Position numbers and translations under genes: made by a program. The notes below the pieces were generated by a model. The model ran no database searches. It had not been told where the DNA came from and saw only the letters and a program-made list of their open reading frames with translations. From an uncultured Bdellovibrio sp. (lineage in GTDB: Bacteria > Bdellovibrionota > Bdellovibrionia > Bdellovibrionales > Bdellovibrionaceae), in the NCBI GenBank assembly GCA_963932905.1, contig CAWVRN010000007.1, forward strand, positions 69,955 to 133,954: DNA of 64,000 bases, given 5' to 3'. Positions 10,716-20,757 of the stretch are shown in pieces; the stretch's first letter is position 1; every line of letters starts with the position of its first letter.

Positions 10716-13700
10716 CTACTTCTGTATAAACACGCTGGCTTCAGGTAACCAGTAACCGTTCATGATTGCTGCCGAGCTGATGATCAGCGCGATACCTCTG
10801 AGCGTCTCTTCACAGGTCTCCTCTTTTGGTTTTTCCGAGAAGCCGGCGTAATTGTAATACGCTTTATAGGCGTCTTCGATACTGCGGATAAATTCTAAAC
10901 GTTTATCATTCGAGAACGCGATACCATCTGGCATCTTGATACCTTTAAATTCAGGGACCGATGGATTAAAGAAGTAACGTAGACCGTTATTCACGCCGTT
11001 CATTCCCGTTAAGCACGAATTGAGCAATCTATCGTTTAAAGTCTTCAATTCTGTTTTTGGACCGAATGAATCTAATGGATCAGTTTGATCAGGGATAAAA
11101 TCTAGTTTGTACGCAATCGCATAGCCTTCCGTGTTCGAGTACGGGAAGAAAGGAGTGATTGGGTAAATGAACATTCCTGGCGCTGAAGCAATGATTTTTC
11201 CACCTGGTAAGAAGTATCCCGATGCTGGGAATTCTTTTTTAGTGTCGAAATCTAGGATTGTCGTTTCAAAGCGTTCCATATCGTTTTGCGAGTTCTCTTT
11301 CGCTTTACCTTTCATTATAACGGCAACGGCTGACAGTTTTAATTCGTTCAAACGCTTCAAACGGTCCGCGTATTTTTCTGGTAACAAGTTAAAGTCATTG
11401 TGTGATTGCTGGAACAAGTACTGGAACCAACCCATCGACGAGATAGAAACACCCATTTTAGTGCGATCGCTATTATCAAGCGCACCGAAGTGTAAGTTCC
11501 CTTTCATATTCGCGGTCATAATTTCAACGAATTCTTTAGGATATAGCGAAGCATAGCTAAATTTGTAGTTGGGATCATCAAACAACGGAACATTCATCAT
11601 ACCAAAATCAGATGCATAAGGAACGCCGGTAGTTAATGTGAATAGTGCGCTGATTTTAAACGGCACACCCGTCATTTCTGTCCATGTACCAGAGAACTGA
11701 CTCCAGTCGCGGCTAACGTCACCACCCGACATACCGCCTGGCGTGAACCGGTTACTGAAATCTTTTTTAGTGAAGTCAGTTACGTTTTTAGCTACGAGTT
11801 CTTTCATTTCCTTCAAGATCAATTTATTTGCTTGGCAAAGCTCTTTCAATTGAGGCTTGTCTGCAAATAATTTTCTTAAATCTGGATTTGTGACGTCTGC
11901 TTGTCCGCAGGCTTCTGAGAAGTCATACAGGTTTTCTTCTTTACGACGGATTTCGTCGAAATCGGCTTTGTAATACAAACGCATATAATCATAAAATAGT
12001 CTTAAACGCCCCATGACCTTAAATGATCGGCGCCATAAATAGTATTCATACGTTTCAGCATCCAAGCTCTTGTTATCAGAGAACGAGAACAACGATTGAA
12101 TTTGCGTGTTGTAGATATCATCGAAATAGTTCTTCGCGATTGTTGTCGCGTTGTAACCTCGATCGAAACGATTACAGAATGGATCCATTGAAATCGATGC
12201 TTCGATATCATTGCATTGCGGGAAATAAGAGGCTTTATCAGGTACAATACCGTTCTCTGGAACTTTAGTGTACGTAAAGTCGGCTGCCCCCGTCGTGTAC
12301 GTTGGATATTCTTGTTTGTATAAATATCGTAGGACTAATTCATCTTGTGGGCCAGGCAAGACATTATCTGGCTCAAGAATCTCAGTCACTGGGCTGCGGT
12401 AACCCATCACCGAAGTATAATGAGTCATGTTTTTCTTAAGAGCTTTTTCGGTCAACTTGTTGTAGATCGCATCTGGTACTGAGCCTTTTGCCGGTAAGAT
12501 GTTTTCTTTAAATTGGTGACCTAATCCTAAAAAATGTCCGAATTCATGCGATAGTAATTCTTTGATGACGGACCGTAGCACTTTTTCATCGCGATCTGCT
12601 GTTGCTGGCAATTGATTTTTTGCGGCCATCCAGCCGGCACCAATGTCTTCGAAAGTTCTTTCTGTGCATTGGTATGGATGCGCTGCCCATTTATTTCTGT
12701 TTTTTGATTTCTTAAGATCTACACGGTCTTCTTCTTCCGCTTTAGCTAAGGCTAATTGTTTTTTGAAAACAGAATTGCTAACTAAAGATTTATAGAATTG
12801 AGCATCCACTTGCCCGCGTGAGCGTTCGAATTGATTTCTTAAGATTTTTGGTAAATTCGCCGCGATATGTTCCTTCATTGAAGGATTTGATTGCATCGTA
12901 GCGGCTTGCATTCCTTTTTTACCTGTTTCAGACAAATTGATATTCACTTGGAAATTGGTGTCCGGCGCATAGTACGTATTAGCTAAGTTTGTTGGTTCGC
13001 TTAATGTTAATGGAATATTATCTAAAAAGTTAAATGCTTCGGCACGGCTTTGTTTTGCACCAACCGAAGATAAGTTATTGATCGAAAATGCTTTCACGTA
13101 TTTTTCGATACCGCCAGCATAGATAGTAACCATACCCGATTTGATCTCGCCGTTTTTAACGTCAGCCAAGGCCATACCGATACCTAGCGGTGAGTATGAC
13201 GAGATCTTTTCGTCATCAACCCAAGCAATCGTAGAGTATCTTAAATCTAAAGAGTATTTAGAAGGTTCGTCGCTGACTACGAATGTATCTTTTTCCGTAG
13301 CACCGATCTTTTTAAACGTATCATTCCAGTCTTGGATAACTTCTTTAACTAATGGTTTCCATTTATCTGGCACATTCCATAAACGAATTTCGTGTTGTTT
13401 ACGCAAATCCCAGTGAGCCGCATGAAGAATTTGATACAAACCTTGAGCTTTTTCACCCACGATATGTAGCACGTTCATCTTTTTGTAGTTCTTATCATTA
13501 AATGGAGTTTTCGTGAATGTGCTGTCATGTTCGAATGATTTGAAGCTAAAGCGAAGTTTGTTGACATTAGATCCAGCGAATCGACGATTTAATATAAAGG
13601 TAAAAAAGTTTTTTGATTTATCCCAATCTATCGACTCAACGCTTATGTTGCCAGAATCGAAAAACAATGGTTTCGATTCACTCCACAAATTATTGAATGA

Positions 13701-14240
13701 TAATTTTGAAAAATCTAGATCCATATGGGTTCTTGCAGACCAGTGACTACGTCCGCTATTTTTAATTATCTTATTTGTATCACGGCCCTGACTATCTTTT
13801 TCAAGTTCCCAATAGTAGTGAGATTTAATTGGAATTGTCATTGCAATTTCCCATCGTTTTGGATCATCCGGGAATGACGGGTTAATCTGCTTACCGACTA
13901 AGTCGTTTTCATTTATTTCAAAAACCAAATTACAATGTTCTGGTACAATCGCATTATTAGTATAAAGCGCTTCCGACCAGCTACCGGTCTCCATTTCAGA
14001 AACCCAACCGCACAAAAATGTTTTTGGTACTTCTACTGATTTACCTGTTTTAGGATCAACTTTAGTTTCAACGAAGAACGACTTTTCGATGCCGTCGTCT
14101 GTTGGGACCGGGGTTTCTGTCGCTGGCGATTTGTAATTGCAATTTGCCAGAAATAAGAGGACGAAGAGCCCAAATACAAAGTGTAAACTTTTTTTACAGT
14201 TGAATTCGAATCTTGTTGAGCGCATAGCCACCAATCCCAT
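10716..14240 (-). CDS. Zinc-dependent metalloprotease lipoprotein (metzincin, DUF4953/EcxA-like)
   Basis: LANC lipobox; HEFGHFLGLGH (HExxHxxGxxH); Met-turn SVMGY; downstream CND..DPFCNRFDxG. Confidence 0.85.
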   Translation of the reverse strand: MGLVAMRSTRFEFNCKKSLHFVFGLFVLLFLANCNYKSPATETPVPTDDGIEKSFFVETKVDPKTGKSVEVPKTFLCGWVSEMETGSWSEALYTNNAIVPEHCNLVFEINENDLVGKQINPSFPDDPKRWEIAMTIPIKSHYYWELEKDSQGRDTNKIIKNSGRSHWSARTHMDLDFSKLSFNNLWSESKPLFFDSGNISVESIDWDKSKNFFTFILNRRFAGSNVNKLRFSFKSFEHDSTFTKTPFNDKNYKKMNVLHIVGEKAQGLYQILHAAHWDLRKQHEIRLWNVPDKWKPLVKEVIQDWNDTFKKIGATEKDTFVVSDEPSKYSLDLRYSTIAWVDDEKISSYSPLGIGMALADVKNGEIKSGMVTIYAGGIEKYVKAFSINNLSSVGAKQSRAEAFNFLDNIPLTLSEPTNLANTYYAPDTNFQVNINLSETGKKGMQAATMQSNPSMKEHIAANLPKILRNQFERSRGQVDAQFYKSLVSNSVFKKQLALAKAEEEDRVDLKKSKNRNKWAAHPYQCTERTFEDIGAGWMAAKNQLPATADRDEKVLRSVIKELLSHEFGHFLGLGHQFKENILPAKGSVPDAIYNKLTEKALKKNMTHYTSVMGYRSPVTEILEPDNVLPGPQDELVLRYLYKQEYPTYTTGAADFTYTKVPENGIVPDKASYFPQCNDIEASISMDPFCNRFDRGYNATTIAKNYFDDIYNTQIQSLFSFSDNKSLDAETYEYYLWRRSFKVMGRLRLFYDYMRLYYKADFDEIRRKEENLYDFSEACGQADVTNPDLRKLFADKPQLKELCQANKLILKEMKELVAKNVTDFTKKDFSNRFTPGGMSGGDVSRDWSQFSGTWTEMTGVPFKISALFTLTTGVPYASDFGMMNVPLFDDPNYKFSYASLYPKEFVEIMTANMKGNLHFGALDNSDRTKMGVSISSMGWFQYLFQQSHNDFNLLPEKYADRLKRLNELKLSAVAVIMKGKAKENSQNDMERFETTILDFDTKKEFPASGYFLPGGKIIASAPGMFIYPITPFFPYSNTEGYAIAYKLDFIPDQTDPLDSFGPKTELKTLNDRLLNSCLTGMNGVNNGLRYFFNPSVPEFKGIKMPDGIAFSNDKRLEFIRSIEDAYKAYYNYAGFSEKPKEETCEETLRGIALIISSAAIMNGYWLPEASVFIQK

Positions 14241-14568
14241 TTATGTTTGATTTGAACCTAAAGTCGTCGGGTTTTAAGCCCATGACTACATTCAGTTCAA
14301 CTCAGACGGTTCTTAGGTATTAGTAATCCTATTTCCGTGCCCAGATGTTAAATCGCATATTCGTGATTTGGGGAAAAGCACACTGACAGCCGATCTCAAA
14401 GTGAGACAGCTAGAAAAAAACTTTTCATAAAATGTAGCTTTATCTTTCACCGAACCGTAGCATTGTTCACCAAAAGTTCTACAAAATAAAATTCTCAAAA
14501 AACGGCGCGCCTACATGTTACCGTAATTGTAGAACCGTCCATAACGCGACACCTTTGGGAGTGGGCCA

Positions 14569-15801
14569 ATGAGTATCAAAAAGATGATACCAAAAGATCT
14601 GTATTCGTTTTTTCTCAAAAAAAATTTTTCGCCAGCGTCATCTATCAATAACAAAAACATAAAAATCAAAATGGCCACATCAAAAGAAGAATTTGATGCC
14701 GGTCTTAAATTGCTACACGATTGCTATACGTCTAAAAAATATATGACTCCGGATCCATCTGGATACTTCTTTAGTTCATTCTCATTGCTTCCGGAATCGA
14801 ACCTCATAGTGGCCACGCTCAATGACAAAGTGATAGGCTCGGTCTATTTATATAGAGATTCTTATTTGGGCCTGCCATCAGACAAATATTATTCCAAAAT
14901 CAACGACTATTATCGCAAGTCAGAATGTAAACTGGCTGAAATATCAGCCATTGCCGTACATGAATCTTTTCGAAACAAAGACCAAAGTATTTTTTTGCTG
15001 CTCATGAAATACGTTTTGATTTTTTCAAAGCAGTTCCTGGTTGCCAATCGCTTGATCTTAAATATCGATATAGAAAACCAAGTGTTCTATGAATCCCTCT
15101 GGCCGTTTGAACGACGTGGTGGTATTTTAAAGTACCCCCATTCAACAACAGCATTTTCGGTATTCATGGGCCTAGATTTATCTAAGATAAATCTAGAGCG
15201 CCGCAATTTCTTGAATTTAAACTTAAATACAAATTTAAATATCCAGGCGTTTATTGCTAAGCGTGACGAACGCTTTAAGTTCCCTGTCAGGAACCAAGGC
15301 CAAGTGATGTTTCCGACTTTAAACTTTGATATAATTCAGCACTTTTACAGACAAAAGACGGATTTCCTTAGCAAGCTAAAGAAAACTGACTTTCTGTTTT
15401 TCAACGAGATCTACTATCACCTGTTTGATCGCGATCGTTTAGAAAAACTAGTGGCTCCCGAGAAGATCGATTATATCATTCGAAAATACCGAGTCCCGGT
15501 GGATTTATTTGCAGTTTTAAATATCGAAGGTAAAGACGTATTTACAAAAATCACTGATATTTCCAGCGATGGCTGTTTTATAAAAATACCACTGAATCAA
15601 AACATCACGGCAATGCATGCTCAGGAAGTATCGGTAAAGTTTAAGCTTCAAGGCAAAAATTTTACGGTTGATTCAAAAATCATTTGGGAAAATAAAGGCC
15701 AAAGCAACAAAGCCTCCCGTGGGTTCGGGATTGAATTCGATAGCAAATTACCAGAAATTTACGAGTTAGCAAAATCTATGCTTTATAACATTGCTAAATA
15801 A
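14569..15801 (+). CDS. FeeM-like GNAT (N-acyl amino acid synthase-like) domain fused to a C-terminal PilZ domain
   Basis: KMATSKEEF..LLHDCY and LAEISAIAV..FR GNAT motifs; PilZ DISSDG and GFGIEF. Confidence 0.75.
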   Translation: MSIKKMIPKDLYSFFLKKNFSPASSINNKNIKIKMATSKEEFDAGLKLLHDCYTSKKYMTPDPSGYFFSSFSLLPESNLIVATLNDKVIGSVYLYRDSYLGLPSDKYYSKINDYYRKSECKLAEISAIAVHESFRNKDQSIFLLLMKYVLIFSKQFLVANRLILNIDIENQVFYESLWPFERRGGILKYPHSTTAFSVFMGLDLSKINLERRNFLNLNLNTNLNIQAFIAKRDERFKFPVRNQGQVMFPTLNFDIIQHFYRQKTDFLSKLKKTDFLFFNEIYYHLFDRDRLEKLVAPEKIDYIIRKYRVPVDLFAVLNIEGKDVFTKITDISSDGCFIKIPLNQNITAMHAQEVSVKFKLQGKNFTVDSKIIWENKGQSNKASRGFGIEFDSKLPEIYELAKSMLYNIAK

Positions 15802-16059
15802 GAACTGGCTCCTTAGCTTGCGGCTAAGAAGCCAAATTCTATTGGAAAGACAGTTGTTTAGCTGAAATTTAAAAGCGCTGTCTTGAAACAGCTTTTCAAA
15901 AAAAAATTATTATCCGAATTAACTCGTAATACGTTCGAGTTTCGATCCCTCAAAAAAGCGAGCGTGTTGAATCTTTCTGGGTTTTAGATAGCACGTTTTA
16001 AATTCACTTGATTTGACGATATTTTAATTGGCCTTAGCCGCAGGCTAAGGGGCCAGTTC
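15802..16059. repeat. 258-bp element with terminal inverted repeats (MITE/REP-doublet-like), copy 1
   Basis: Starts GAACTGGCTCCTTAGCTTGCGGCTAAG; reverse complement of the end is GAACTGGCCCCTTAGCCTGCGGCTAAG (25/27). Confidence 0.9.
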
Positions 16060-16070
16060 ATAGTGTTTAA

Positions 16071-16328
16071 GAACTGGCTCCTTAGCTTGCGGCTAAGAAG
16101 CTAAATTCTATTGGAAAGACAGTTGTTTAGTTGAAATTTAAAAGAGCTGTCTTGAAACAGCTTTTCAAAAAAAAATTATTATCCGAATTAACTCGTAATA
16201 CGTTCGAGTTTCGATCCCTCAAAAAAGCGAGCGTGTTGAATCTTTCTGGATTTTAGATAGCACGTTTTAAATTCACTTGATTTGACGATATTTTAATTGG
16301 CCTTAGCCGCAGGCTAAGGGGCCAGTTC
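16071..16328. repeat. 258-bp element, copy 2 (direct tandem, 11-bp spacer)
   Basis: Four substitutions versus copy 1 by manual comparison; period 269 bp. Confidence 0.9.
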
Positions 16329-17489
16329 AAACCGTGAAACTCTGAGATGTGCCGGAATATTACCTCCGGCGAGTGATTCAACCAATACCTTAGCAGCATG
16401 GAATGATAACCCCATCCCGTGGCCCGAACAACCCGCCATCAAATGAACATCTTTTAGTTCTGGTGATTCGCCAATGACCATTTGCCCATCGCTGGTAAAT
16501 CCCATAATACCCGACCATTGATTTTTGATCTTGGCGTCCTTAGTGAAATCAAAAAAACCGCGAGTGAAATCCAATAAAGCATTTTGAATAGTATCGGACA
16601 CTTGATCCGTAAACGTATTCTCTTTCTCTAGATCCAAATTTCTAAAGCCACCAATTAGTAGTTCACCTGTAGGCATTTGACGGAAATAACAAAGATGTTT
16701 CGTTAAATAGCAAGGGCCTTTGACTTTCTTAGGTAATGGTTCTGTCACAATCACCTGCCCACGCTGTGGACGAACGATTTTTTCCCAAGACGGCCATAAC
16801 AAACCTAGGTATCCATTTAAGGTTATCAAGACTTTTTGCGCACGAATAGATAAATGCTGAGTTTGAACATGCACGCCTTGATTTGACTCTATTTTGCAGA
16901 CTTCTTGATCTTCAATAACTTCGGTGCGTTTCAAGTGGCTGTGCAATTCATTCAATAACAATACGGGATGAACTTCGCCATCATGCTTGTATTCAATACC
17001 GCCCTTGAAGCCTTTGACGGCATATTCTGATTTGATGCGATTTTCATCGATCAACTCGACGGCAATTCCCAGGTTCGACATCGTGTTCGCCAATTCGATA
17101 TAGCGTGAAAAGTCAGCATCGCTTGGTGCCACAGTACAAGATCCCGTACTAGCAAATAGTACTTTCGAAGAATTGTTTTTTATAATTTCGCTTTTAAGCA
17201 ACTCGCGATTGTTTTCTGAAAACTGCCAAATCTCGACGGCTTTTTCAGTGCCAAAATCTTTTACTAGTTTTGCGAAATGCTCGGAAGAACCGCATGTCAC
17301 AAATCCCGCATTTCGTCCGGAAGCTCCTGAACCGATTTTATGCCGCTCAACCAGTGTAACTTTTGAATTGGGATAGTTTTTTTCTAACCAGTAGGCCGAA
17401 GACAAACCAGCGATTCCCCCACCAACAATCAGAAAATCAGTTTCGATATTTTTTTTTGAACTAGCGCTATTCCAATAGGAAATACTCAT
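16314..17489 (-). CDS. FAD-dependent oxidoreductase (DAO/PuuB-like)
   Basis: IVGGGIAG, GASGRNAG, WSGIMG, GCSGHGM. Confidence 0.9.
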   Translation of the reverse strand: MSISYWNSASSKKNIETDFLIVGGGIAGLSSAYWLEKNYPNSKVTLVERHKIGSGASGRNAGFVTCGSSEHFAKLVKDFGTEKAVEIWQFSENNRELLKSEIIKNNSSKVLFASTGSCTVAPSDADFSRYIELANTMSNLGIAVELIDENRIKSEYAVKGFKGGIEYKHDGEVHPVLLLNELHSHLKRTEVIEDQEVCKIESNQGVHVQTQHLSIRAQKVLITLNGYLGLLWPSWEKIVRPQRGQVIVTEPLPKKVKGPCYLTKHLCYFRQMPTGELLIGGFRNLDLEKENTFTDQVSDTIQNALLDFTRGFFDFTKDAKIKNQWSGIMGFTSDGQMVIGESPELKDVHLMAGCSGHGMGLSFHAAKVLVESLAGGNIPAHLRVSRFELAP

Positions 17490-18043
17490 TTTAGCTCCAA
17501 TATCATTTCAATGGCGGTACAACGACATGGATTTCCATCACGCGTGCACACATAGTCTACATCAATCCAATAATCAGGATGCTCTTTCAATATTTTAAAG
17601 CCCACTTTGTTTAAATATTTAAACGATGAATTTCCCGGAGACTCTTTCCAGCAATGGGTCAATATCCCGCTGGCTTTTAACTGCCGCAATGCTTGAAGAG
17701 CACGATCGGACAATAGTGGTCCCCAGCCTTGTCCTTGAACATCGGCGGCAAGAAACAAACTCTGAAAATAACCCAATTCCGAAATCGGATACCCCCATAG
17801 ATCAGGACTTAGCCTCTTTCCTTTTCCATGTTCCCACTGTCCCGGTGGATAGGCTAAACGCAATCCAAAAATTTTCGTATCTTCATCATCAACCAAAACA
17901 AACGAAGTAACGATACCATTTTTTTCAGATCGCAACTGTGCATCTTCAAGTTCTGATTCTGAATAATAATCTTTACCGATCTGCAGATCAGCAAATGATT
18001 TTACGTTCTTGATATCAGTTATTTTGAATTCTCGAATTTTCAT
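17486..18043 (-). CDS. GNAT-family N-acetyltransferase
   Basis: MKIREF start; QGQGWG acetyl-CoA motif; YLNKVGF; C-terminal CxxDxxPCxC. Confidence 0.75.
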   Translation of the reverse strand: MKIREFKITDIKNVKSFADLQIGKDYYSESELEDAQLRSEKNGIVTSFVLVDDEDTKIFGLRLAYPPGQWEHGKGKRLSPDLWGYPISELGYFQSLFLAADVQGQGWGPLLSDRALQALRQLKASGILTHCWKESPGNSSFKYLNKVGFKILKEHPDYWIDVDYVCTRDGNPCRCTAIEMILELK

Positions 18044-18497
18044 GTTTCGAGCAAAAGTCTTCCCTGAATTGAGTTTGAATGTCAACGGCGTCCCACTCTA
18101 ATGATTCATCTTCGTGATCCCATTTTTGGTACATAACCTGCACATAATGGGTCAGTTCATGAGCCAAGGAATCATCTATGCAGCGCTTTAAATCGTCATA
18201 GTAGGCTTTATCATCCATCAAAAAGATTCGATTGGTTTTTACACTGTAGACATTAGTAATAATCTCGGGCAAAAAGTTCCATTGATCAACCAGTGAACTT
18301 TGAAAAACTTCCAAAGAGGTCTGACTTTTTAGATGCAATTCTGGCAACGGGATTTCAGGATTTCGAGCTAGTTTTTTCTTTGCTAGAACGTAATCTAAGA
18401 TAACTTCTGTTGAGTAGGATAGTTTTGCCAGCTCTTCTGCTTGGGTGGTTACGGCTAGAAATACAAAGGCTATTATAAAAAGAAATGTAGTTTTCAT
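18015..18497 (-). CDS. Small secreted putative zincin
   Basis: Signal peptide; LAHELTHYVQ (HExxH) with downstream EWDA. Confidence 0.6.
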   Translation of the reverse strand: MKTTFLFIIAFVFLAVTTQAEELAKLSYSTEVILDYVLAKKKLARNPEIPLPELHLKSQTSLEVFQSSLVDQWNFLPEIITNVYSVKTNRIFLMDDKAYYDDLKRCIDDSLAHELTHYVQVMYQKWDHEDESLEWDAVDIQTQFREDFCSKHENSRIQNN

Positions 18498-18802
18498 TTC
18501 TATAGTTCACGGGAAGATTTAGGGCTGGTCAATCGGAAACAGTATGGGGCTCCGACGCCGTTGGGTGTTGGGGTTTTAGGTTTGGCGTACCGTCGCTAAA
18601 ATTCGAAGGATTTACAACTACAATATAAGCTATTTTCAAAAATGTGGTAATACCGGCCGTGATTTCAGTCTTCAGATGACTTGCTTTTATTTGGATCATA
18701 CTTTTTGATAGGTTACGTGCCCCAAAAAGCTATGTATATTGTGATGCGATATGAATAATTCATAGAAGCTCACTCGTTTTTGTATTAAACAAAATAGCAC
18801 GT

Positions 18803-20092
18803 ATGGATTTGTTTAATCACTCAAATGATAGCCAATTGGGCGTCCCACTTTCCGAGACTTTAAGACCCAAGTCTTTAGCTGATTTTATGAAGACAGCGGG
18901 CACGACGTTGACTCGCCTACCAATCCAAACTTGGTTGCAAAAAGATTTCCTGCCGAACCTGATTTTATGGGGACCTCCGGGTACGGGAAAAACCACATTT
19001 GTTCGTCTGCTAGAAAAAGAAACCAAATACACATTCCTACTGAAAAATGCCACCGATCTATCGACCAAAGAAATGAAAGCTATCGGCGATGAAGCGTTGG
19101 AAAGAAAACGCCTTTATCAAAAAAAGACCGTTCTTTTCATCGACGAAATTCACAGACTCAACAAGGGCCAACAAGATACACTCTTGCCTCACACAGAAGC
19201 CGGTCATTTTATTTTGATTGGAGCAACAACTGAAAATCCAAACTATGAATTAAACCGTGCCTTGCTTAGCCGTTCACGTATCATTACATTTACAAAGCCA
19301 GAAAAAGATGTGTTAAAATCATTGTATTTCAAAGCCTGCAGCCAGCTTAAGGCCGACGGCGATCACTTTCTAAATGAAACGGCTCTTCAATTTGTCATTG
19401 ATATTTCTGATGGTGACGTTCGACGCTTTTATAACTTGATCGAGACCTTGTTTTACTCGAATGTGACAGAAAAAACTCCGATGAGCGATCTTGAAATATT
19501 GCTAGAAAAAAAATATATCGCTTACGATAAAAAAGGCTCTGAACACTACGACACTATATCTGCTTTTATTAAATCGATTCGGGGTAGCGATACCAACGCG
19601 GCATTATTATATATGGTGAAAATGTTGGATGCCGGCGAAGATCCCGTTTTCATTGCGCGCCGACTGGTGATTTTAGCGTCAGAAGACATCGGCAACGCGG
19701 AACCTCGCGCACTAACAATCGCCATTAATGGATTACAAGCTGTGGAATTAGTTGGGATGCCTGAAGCCGAAATCGTCCTGGCCCAAGTCGTTACGTTTTT
19801 AGGAAGCTGCCCGAAAAGCAATCGATCTTACAATGCATTGCACGCGGCTCGTGCTTTTTTTCAAAAGCATTCTGATTTTGAAGTTCCCGATCATTTACGT
19901 TCGGGTAATATCCCTGATGTAACTAAAAATTATAAATACCCACACGATTATCCAAAATCTTGGGTAGCGCAAGACTACTTACCGGCGGATTTAAATTTAA
20001 CTGAAGATTTTTATCAGCCAAATGACTTTGGCCAAGAGAAAAACTTACGTGATTTCATCACTTGGTTAAAAGGTAGTGCTGGCTCTCGTTAA
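18803..20092 (+). CDS. rarA: Replication-associated recombination protein A (RarA/MgsA AAA+ ATPase)
   Basis: WGPPGTGKTT, FIDEIHR, GATTENP, SAFIKSIRGSD, ASEDIGNA, YKYPHD. Confidence 0.95.
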   Translation: MDLFNHSNDSQLGVPLSETLRPKSLADFMKTAGTTLTRLPIQTWLQKDFLPNLILWGPPGTGKTTFVRLLEKETKYTFLLKNATDLSTKEMKAIGDEALERKRLYQKKTVLFIDEIHRLNKGQQDTLLPHTEAGHFILIGATTENPNYELNRALLSRSRIITFTKPEKDVLKSLYFKACSQLKADGDHFLNETALQFVIDISDGDVRRFYNLIETLFYSNVTEKTPMSDLEILLEKKYIAYDKKGSEHYDTISAFIKSIRGSDTNAALLYMVKMLDAGEDPVFIARRLVILASEDIGNAEPRALTIAINGLQAVELVGMPEAEIVLAQVVTFLGSCPKSNRSYNALHAARAFFQKHSDFEVPDHLRSGNIPDVTKNYKYPHDYPKSWVAQDYLPADLNLTEDFYQPNDFGQEKNLRDFITWLKGSAGSR

Positions 20093-20554
20093 CACATTCG
20101 ATTTTGTGTCGGGCGAGCAATGAGTAGAATCAAAAACTAAACTAACAATCGATTTTTCCGATGGCATGTCGTACAAACGAAAATAATACTTTGAATTGTA
20201 CTGAGTAATATTTAAATAGTTTTTAAATAACTGCGGAAAGATCTGACTTTTCGCAAAATCGATTTTCCACACATTTACATTTTTATTGTAGGTGTTGTAA
20301 ATCGTCTCGAACTTCTTGGACTGAGTCGTATTAAAGATCAATTGAATTTTAGCGTTCTTTTCACTTTGCAAACTATTCAGATCGATTGAGAACGTGATAT
20401 TTTTAATTTTTTGATGCTTTTTCAGACGCTCGTTTAAAAGAGCATTATCTTTGAATTCGCCATACGCCGATTCCACAGGTATAGAACACGTCGATTTAGC
20501 CATCACCGACGACCCTAACACGAAGATAATTAAAGTTAATACCCATTGTTTCAT
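20066..20554 (-). CDS. Secreted hypothetical protein
   Basis: MKQWVLTLIIFVLGSSVMA signal peptide; start moved from 20680. Confidence 0.6.
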   Translation of the reverse strand: MKQWVLTLIIFVLGSSVMAKSTCSIPVESAYGEFKDNALLNERLKKHQKIKNITFSIDLNSLQSEKNAKIQLIFNTTQSKKFETIYNTYNKNVNVWKIDFAKSQIFPQLFKNYLNITQYNSKYYFRLYDMPSEKSIVSLVFDSTHCSPDTKSNVLTRASTTF

Positions 20555-20757
20555 ACTAGTCATCACAGCACCTAGTATGCCAATCGGCCTGCATTTAACG
20601 GGACTTAACGTCGAGTCTGACCAATTGTTACGATTTTTGTTACGACCTGAATTCCTTGCCGACGTCTCGTTTTGAGACATCGCAGCTAACAGTTAGCTTT
20701 GTCACCCGTTTTGAATAACTCAGCCACCTTGCTGTGGCCGAGTCGATAAACAAAATA

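Noticed and set aside
15802..16328. CRISPR array interpretation of the repeats
   Set aside because: Repeats alternate in orientation, interiors are near-identical rather than unique spacers, and there are no cas genes
18498..18802. G/T-rich intergenic tract with a weak TGGGGC/GCCCCA inverted pair
   Set aside because: Match is too short to support an element or RNA
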